This document shows positions 42,477-47,650 of a DNA stretch of 47,650 nucleotides, piece after piece. This DNA is from an uncultured Burkholderiaceae bacterium (GTDB taxonomy: Bacteria; Pseudomonadota; Gammaproteobacteria; Burkholderiales; Burkholderiaceae_F), in assembly GCA_964353935.1 (NCBI GenBank), contig CAYGXL010000001.1:1-47650 (forward strand), given 5' to 3'. Every line of letters begins with the position of its first letter. Position 1 is the stretch's first letter. Under the pieces are notes generated by a model. It was not told the origin of the DNA. It saw only the letters and a list, made by a program, of their open reading frames with translations, and searched no databases. The position numbers and the translations under genes are program-made.

Positions 42477-44362
42477 TGGCGCTGCTGCAGATCGCCGAGC
42501 CGGGCCAGTCGGTCGAGCCGCACCGCCATCGCCTTGCGGTCGGGATCGACCTGGGCACCACCAACTCGCTGGTCGCCACGGTGCGCAGCAGCATTCCCGG
42601 CGTGCTCGACGACACTGAAGGCCGCTCGTTGCTGCCCTCGGTCGTGCGTTTCCATCCGGACGGGTCGGCCGAGGTCGGCTATCCGGCGCACAAGCACCAG
42701 ACCGTCGACCCACGCAACACGGTCGTGTCGGTCAAGCGCTTCATGGGCCGCGGCATGCGCGATGTCGAGCACATCGAGAACATGCCGTATGACTTCATCG
42801 ACGCGCCCGGCATGCTGCAGCTGCGCACGGCGGCGGGGATCAAGAGCCCGGTCGAGGTGTCGGCCGAGATCCTCAGGGTGTTGCGCAAGCGTGCCGAGCA
42901 GGCTCTCGGTGGCGACCTCGTCGGCGCCGTGATCACCGTCCCGGCCTACTTCGACGACGCGCAGCGGCAGGCAACCAAGGACGCCGCCCGGCTGGCCGGC
43001 CTCAACGTGCTGCGGCTGCTGAACGAGCCCACGGCGGCCGCGGTGGCTTATGGCCTTGACCAGGGCGCCGAAGGCACCTACGCGATCTACGACCTCGGCG
43101 GCGGCACGTTCGACGTGTCGATCCTGAAGCTCTCGAAAGGGGTCTTCGAAGTGCTCGCTACGGGCGGCGACTCCGCGCTCGGGGGCGACGACTTCGACCA
43201 TCGCCTGTTCTGCTGGGTGATCGAGCATTCGCGCGTGCTGCCTCTGTCGCCGCAGGACTCCCGGCTGCTGATGGTCAAGGCGCGCGAGGCGAAGGAGCGC
43301 CTGTCGGCCGAGCCGGAGGTGCGGATCAATGCCGTGCTGTCGACGGGCGAAGTGGTCGACGTAACGCTTGCAAGCGAGGAGTTCGCGCGGATGACGACCG
43401 GCCTCGTCGACAAGACGCTGGCATCGTCCCGCAAGGCCGTGGCGGACGCCGGCCTGCGGGTCACCGACATCACCGGCGTGGTGATGGTGGGCGGCGCAAC
43501 GCGGATGCCCCACCTGCGGCGGGCGGTGGCGAAGTTCTTCGGGCAGACGCCGCTGACCAACATCGACCCCGACAAGGTCGTCGCGCTCGGCGCGGCGATC
43601 CAGGCCAACCTGCTCGCCGGCAATCGCGCGCCCGGCGACGACTGGCTGCTGCTCGACGTGATCCCGCTGTCGCTCGGACTCGAGACGATGGGCGGCCTCA
43701 CCGAGAAGATCATTCCGCGCAACTCGACCATTCCGGTCGCGCGTGCCCAGGAGTTCACGACCTTCCGCGACGGCCAGACCGCGATCGCGATCCACGTCGT
43801 GCAGGGCGAGCGGGAACTCGTCTCCGACTGCCGTTCGCTGGCGCGCTTCGAGCTGCGCGGCATTCCGCCCATGGCGGCGGGCGCGGCGCGCGTGCGCGTC
43901 GCGTTCCAGGTCGATGCCGACGGGTTGCTGTCCGTGGGCGCACAGGAGATGTCGAGCGGAGCGCACGCTTCGATCAGCGTGAAGCCGTCGTACGGACTGT
44001 CGGACGACGAGGTCGCCCGCATGCTGCAGGAATCGTTCGGCGCCGCCGACTCCGACATGCACGCGCGCGAACTGCGCGAGCAGCTGGTCGAGGCGCAGCG
44101 GCTCGAGGAGGCGACGAAGGCGGCGCTCGTCGCCGACGGTGACCTGCTGAACGACGACGAACGCACGGACGTCGATCGCCTCATGACGGCGCTGGGCGTG
44201 GCGGTGCTGGGCAACGACCCGGCGACCATCAAGCAGGCGATCGAAGCGCTGGCACACGGCACCGACGAGTTCGCCGCGCGCCGCATGGACCGTTCGATCC
44301 GTGCCGCGCTGTCCGGCCGTCGTGTCGACGAGTTCGCGGGCGCAACGGTTCCGACCAGGTAA
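42476..44362 (+). CDS. hscA: Fe-S protein assembly chaperone HscA (Hsp70 family)
   Basis: ATG 42476 overlaps the hscB stop (TGATG). The segments [42 protein letters not shown] and VGGATRMP are Hsp70/HscA signatures. Confidence 0.95.
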   Translation: MALLQIAEPGQSVEPHRHRLAVGIDLGTTNSLVATVRSSIPGVLDDTEGRSLLPSVVRFHPDGSAEVGYPAHKHQTVDPRNTVVSVKRFMGRGMRDVEHIENMPYDFIDAPGMLQLRTAAGIKSPVEVSAEILRVLRKRAEQALGGDLVGAVITVPAYFDDAQRQATKDAARLAGLNVLRLLNEPTAAAVAYGLDQGAEGTYAIYDLGGGTFDVSILKLSKGVFEVLATGGDSALGGDDFDHRLFCWVIEHSRVLPLSPQDSRLLMVKAREAKERLSAEPEVRINAVLSTGEVVDVTLASEEFARMTTGLVDKTLASSRKAVADAGLRVTDITGVVMVGGATRMPHLRRAVAKFFGQTPLTNIDPDKVVALGAAIQANLLAGNRAPGDDWLLLDVIPLSLGLETMGGLTEKIIPRNSTIPVARAQEFTTFRDGQTAIAIHVVQGERELVSDCRSLARFELRGIPPMAAGAARVRVAFQVDADGLLSVGAQEMSSGAHASISVKPSYGLSDDEVARMLQESFGAADSDMHARELREQLVEAQRLEEATKAALVADGDLLNDDERTDVDRLMTALGVAVLGNDPATIKQAIEALAHGTDEFAARRMDRSIRAALSGRRVDEFAGATVPTR

Positions 44363-44364
44363 CG

Positions 44365-44703
44365 ATGCCGAAGATCACGGTCCTTCCGCATCCGGAAGTC
44401 TGTCCCGATGGTGCCGAGTTCGAGACGGCGCCCGGAGTGGCGCTGACCGACGCGCTGCTCGACCACCACGTCGACATCGAGCACGCCTGCGGCAAGGTGG
44501 CGGCTTGCACGACCTGCCACTGCATCATCCGCAAGGGCTACGCGTCGCTGCCGCCGCCGTCCGACATCGAAGAGGACCTGCTCGACCGCGCATGGGGCCT
44601 GACCTCGGTGTCGCGGCTGTCGTGCCAGGCGATCGTGCAGAACGAGGACCTGACCGTCGAGATTCCAAAGTACAGCATCAACTACGCCAAGGAAGGCAAA
44701 TGA
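44365..44703 (+). CDS. fdx: ISC-system [2Fe-2S] ferredoxin
   Basis: 112 aa. It begins MPKITVLPH, with the Cys pattern C(x5)C(x2)C...C (ACGKVAACTTCHC...SRLSCQ). Confidence 0.9.
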   Translation: MPKITVLPHPEVCPDGAEFETAPGVALTDALLDHHVDIEHACGKVAACTTCHCIIRKGYASLPPPSDIEEDLLDRAWGLTSVSRLSCQAIVQNEDLTVEIPKYSINYAKEGK

Positions 44704-44909
44704 CCATGCCGGCCCTCAAGTGGACCGACGTGCAGGAGATCGCGATCGAACTCGCGGAGAAGCATCCCGACGTCGATCCGATGACCGTGCGCTTCACCGA
44801 CCTGCACAACTGGGTCCTCGAGCTCGAAAATTTCGCCGACGACCCGAAGCACTCAGGCGAGAGGATTCTCGAGGCCATCCAGCAGGCGTGGATCGCCGAG
44901 GCCGAGTAG
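44700..44909 (+). CDS. iscX: Fe-S assembly protein IscX
   Basis: 69 aa. ATG 44700 overlaps the fdx stop (ATGA). The segment KWTDVQEIAIELAEKHPDVDP...RFTDLHNWV is typical of IscX/YfhJ. Confidence 0.8.
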   Translation: MTMPALKWTDVQEIAIELAEKHPDVDPMTVRFTDLHNWVLELENFADDPKHSGERILEAIQQAWIAEAE

Positions 44910-44911
44910 CC

Positions 44912-44925
44912 GTCGGCTGGCCGAC
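44912..44925. terminator. short palindrome between convergent iscX and the MFP gene
   Basis: GTCGGC-TG-GCCGAC lies in the 22-nt convergent spacer. It could form a 5-bp hairpin on either strand. There is no U-tract. Confidence 0.2.
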
Positions 44926-44931
44926 CAGAGT

Positions 44932-46191
44932 TCAGGTCTTCCTCCCGAGCGCGATCAGGGGCTCGAACACCCACTCGATCAGTCGCCGGCGGTCCTGCAT
45001 CACGTCGGCTTCCAGCTGCATGCCCGCTGTCAGCGGCTGCGCGTGGCCGTACGCCATGACGTGCGGCGCGGCCAGCTTCACCGTGATGCGGTAGAGCGAC
45101 TCCGGGGGCACGGGCAACGCAAGCTGCGGCGGCAATTCCGCCGGTGCCAATGCGACGCGGGATACCTGCGCGACCTCGCCGTCGAACTGGCCGAACTTCT
45201 GGAACGGATACGCCGCGAAACGCACGCGCACCTTCTGGCCACGCTCGACGAATCCGATCGCGCGGCTCGGGGCAAACAGGTGCGCTTCCATGGGGCTCCC
45301 GGATGGCAGCAAGGTGGCGAGCGGCTGCGGCCCGACATGCTGGCCGCGTTCGGCCGCAATGGCGGTCACCACGCCGTCCCGCGGCGCCGTCACCACCACC
45401 CTGCGCGCCGCCTCGGCGCTCACGATGTCCTGCTGCAGGGCGGAGATTTCCCGGTGCACTTCGGCCTGCTGCTGGGCCGCGCGCAGCGGATGCTGCTTCA
45501 GCTCGCCGGCGACGACGCCGATCTCGCGCCGCACCCCGAGCAGGCTGCGGTAGAGCGCCTGGTGGCGAGCGGTCTGTTCGAGCAGTTCGTCGCGTCGCTG
45601 GTGTGCCGTCTGCGGACTGACGAAGCCTTGCTGCGCGAGCTGCTCGAAGCGCGCCGACTGCTCGCCGGCCGACGCCTCCCGCGCCGCTTGCGTCGCCAGT
45701 TCATGGCGCAGCTGAACCGCCTCGAGTTCGAGCGCGGAGAGCCGCCGCGACAGCGCCGCCTCCTGCTGCTCGAACAGGCGAGCGCGCCGCTCGACTTCTT
45801 CCGAGAGGCTGGCGCGGCGCCGTCCCAGTTGCTCGAGCACGGCGGTCTGCGCGCCGGCGCGCTGTCCGGCCGTCTCTGTCATGCGCTCGGACCACACGAC
45901 GAACAGCACCTCGCCCGTTCGCACCCGCTGGCCCTCCTCGACGTGCCGCTCGATCACGATGCCCGGCTGGGATGCCGCCAGCTTCAGGACGCCGGCAGCG
46001 GGCACGGTGATGCCGTTGATGCGGGTGCGCTTTGTGTACTGGCCGAAGACGAGCAGGGCCACCAGCGCGGCGCCGATCGCGGCGGCGGCGATGCACCAGA
46101 TCGTGAATGACAGCGGTGGGCGCAGGACCACCTGGCCGAACATCGCGGCCTGCCGCGCTTCCAGCACTTCCTTGCGGAACAGTCCGGGCAT
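44932..46191 (-). CDS. HlyD-family membrane fusion protein of the CvaA (bacteriocin/peptide export) type
   Basis: 419 aa. The N-terminus LFRKEVLEARQ...(TM helix)...RTRINGITVPAAGVLKL, a long coiled-coil and a C-terminal beta-barrel region resemble CvaA-type adaptors. No ABC or outer-membrane partner is adjacent. Confidence 0.8.
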   Translation of the reverse strand: MPGLFRKEVLEARQAAMFGQVVLRPPLSFTIWCIAAAAIGAALVALLVFGQYTKRTRINGITVPAAGVLKLAASQPGIVIERHVEEGQRVRTGEVLFVVWSERMTETAGQRAGAQTAVLEQLGRRRASLSEEVERRARLFEQQEAALSRRLSALELEAVQLRHELATQAAREASAGEQSARFEQLAQQGFVSPQTAHQRRDELLEQTARHQALYRSLLGVRREIGVVAGELKQHPLRAAQQQAEVHREISALQQDIVSAEAARRVVVTAPRDGVVTAIAAERGQHVGPQPLATLLPSGSPMEAHLFAPSRAIGFVERGQKVRVRFAAYPFQKFGQFDGEVAQVSRVALAPAELPPQLALPVPPESLYRITVKLAAPHVMAYGHAQPLTAGMQLEADVMQDRRRLIEWVFEPLIALGRKT

Positions 46192-46383
46192 GAGCGATGT
46201 GGGAGGCCGACCTGCGAAGCGTCCGTTTCCGCGTGTACGCTATCGGGCAGAGTATCGATTGCCAGCCCGACAACTGCCGGGGAAGGCGCGAGGGGAACGA
46301 AGAAGCGCTGGCAGCCGTCACTGGCGCTGGCGACCGAGCTGCGATCCTCCCGGGCCGACCGTCCAACTTCACGAGAACAACGC

Positions 46384-47650
46384 ATGGCAGCGCCGACGAT
46401 TGCATCCGGATTGAAGCAGCTTCTCGCGCGGTACATGCCGTTTTCGAGCATGACGCCGGAGCACCTGAACTTCGTCATCGAACACGTCGAAGTCGCGTAC
46501 TTCGAACCTGGTGAGACGATCCTCGGTCCGTCCAGTGAGCCGCCATCCCACTGCTACATCGTGAAGCAGGGGCGCGTGCAGGGTGAGACGACCACCGAGA
46601 AGCGGGGCGAGGTCGCGTTCGAGGCCGACATCGGCGACTGCTTCCCGGTCGGCGCGCTGCTCGCCGGGCGCCCCGTGTCGCTGGTCTACCGTTCCGTGAC
46701 GGACACCTTCTGCCTGCTGCTGCCGCGCACGCGCTTCGAGCAGCTCGCGCAGATGAGCGGGCCGTTCCTCGACTTCTGCAAGCGTCGTCTCGGCGCGCTG
46801 CTGGACCTTTCGCGCCAGCAGCTGCAGGCCACGTACGCGTCGGAAGCGAGCGCCGAGCGCACCATGAACACGGCGCTGCGCGACCTCGTCCGGGCGCGCA
46901 AGCCGTTGACTTGCGCGCCGGATACTCCGTTGCGCGAGGCCTTCGGGCGCATGCACCAGTCGCACGTCGGTTCGATCATCGTCGTTGAAGGTGACGCGGC
47001 GGGCGGCGACCGGCTCGCAGGCATCCTGACGCGCACCGACCTGATCGGACGCGTGATCCTCCCCGAGGTCCCGCTGACCGCGCCGGTCAGCACGGTGATG
47101 ACGCGCGGCGTGCGGTCGCTGGACGCCGACGACACGGCGGCGGACGCCACGCTGCTGATGGCGGAGCACTCGATCCGCCACATCCCGGTGATGCAGCGCG
47201 AGGGCGGCCTGCGAAAGGTGGTCGGAGTGGTCTCCGAGCGCGACCTGTTCGCGCTGCACCGGCTGACGGTGCGCCAGCTCGCCGTCGCCATCCGGCGCGC
47301 CGACGGCGTCGAAGGCCTGTCGATCGTCGCGGCCGACATCCGGCGGCTGTCGCACCACCTGGTGGCGCAAGGCGTCGGGGCGGCCCAGCTGACGCGGCTC
47401 ATCAGCCACCTGAACGACCAGCTGACCGTGCGGCTGCTCTCGCTGGCGTGCGAGAAGTTCCAGGTCGATCCGCAGTCGTTCTGCTGGCTGTCGTTCGGCA
47501 GCGAGGGGCGTGGCGAGCAGACGATCGCGACCGACCAGGACAACGGCATCCTGTACGTCGAGGCGGCCGGCGCGCGCGAGCGGTTGCTTGCGCTCGCCGA
47601 TTTCACCAACGAAGCGCTGGCGTCGTGCGGCTTCCCGCTCTGCAGGGGAA
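46384..47650 (+). CDS. cNMP-binding + tandem CBS + DUF294 nucleotidyltransferase signal-transduction protein (3' end outside the window)
   Basis: This open frame is not in the track because no stop falls within the window. It begins MAAPTIASGLKQLLARYMPFSSMTPEHLNFVIEHVEVAYFEPGETIL (cNMP barrel), has two CBS repeats (...GSIIVVEGD...LAGILTRTDL and ...IRHIPVMQREGGLRKVVGVVSERDL), then FGSEGRGEQTIATDQDNG, the DUF294 nucleotidyltransferase motif. Confidence 0.75.
   Translation, partial: MAAPTIASGLKQLLARYMPFSSMTPEHLNFVIEHVEVAYFEPGETILGPSSEPPSHCYIVKQGRVQGETTTEKRGEVAFEADIGDCFPVGALLAGRPVSLVYRSVTDTFCLLLPRTRFEQLAQMSGPFLDFCKRRLGALLDLSRQQLQATYASEASAERTMNTALRDLVRARKPLTCAPDTPLREAFGRMHQSHVGSIIVVEGDAAGGDRLAGILTRTDLIGRVILPEVPLTAPVSTVMTRGVRSLDADDTAADATLLMAEHSIRHIPVMQREGGLRKVVGVVSERDLFALHRLTVRQLAVAIRRADGVEGLSIVAADIRRLSHHLVAQGVGAAQLTRLISHLNDQLTVRLLSLACEKFQVDPQSFCWLSFGSEGRGEQTIATDQDNGILYVEAAGARERLLALADFTNEALASCGFPLCRG

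Overview
This is a GC-rich window with strong third-codon-position GC bias. It reads as a conserved core-chromosome block of a betaproteobacterium, probably Burkholderiales; that assignment is an inference from synteny only. I support about 50 protein genes.

Left third (mixed housekeeping and membrane genes): an EamA transporter, DUF2189, DUF2788, dusA, two secreted proteins of unknown function, a wrbA-DUF2069-FAD oxidoreductase operon, a YihY-family protein, a metY-hydrolase-LysE operon, pip, a CBS protein, an LplT-PlsC fusion, aroC, an MFS transporter and an M48 peptidase.

Middle (a classical syntenic run): leuC, an entericidin-like gene, leuD, leuB, asd, fimV, truA, trpF, trpB, trpA, accD, folC, a SPOR protein, cvpA, purF and metZ.

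Right: a complete isc operon (iscR-iscS-iscU-iscA-hscB-hscA-fdx-iscX), a lone CvaA/HlyD-type membrane fusion protein, and a 3'-truncated cNMP-CBS-DUF294 sensor.

I see no rRNA, tRNA, CRISPR array, transposase, integrase, phage gene or recognisable defence gene. I do not find a convincing novel multi-gene system.

The observations most worth a second look are:
1. A SAM-II-like pseudoknot with mutually exclusive antiterminator and terminator helices in the purF-metZ spacer.
2. leuD apparently initiating at CTG, directly after an entericidin-type lipoprotein gene that is absent from the ORF track.
3. A hairpin plus U-tract abutting the leuC start codon.
4. Tandem IscR boxes overlapping the metZ stop codon.
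5. An orphan bacteriocin-export-type membrane fusion protein with no ABC partner.
6. A translationally coupled metY-hydrolase-LysE operon.
7. A signal-peptide protein with no family I can name.

Many very long ORFs in the track (up to 958 aa) are antisense or out-of-frame artefacts of the high GC content. Start/stop overlaps of 1 or 4 nt (TGATG, ATGA, GTGA, TAGTG) are pervasive and argue for tight operon coupling.
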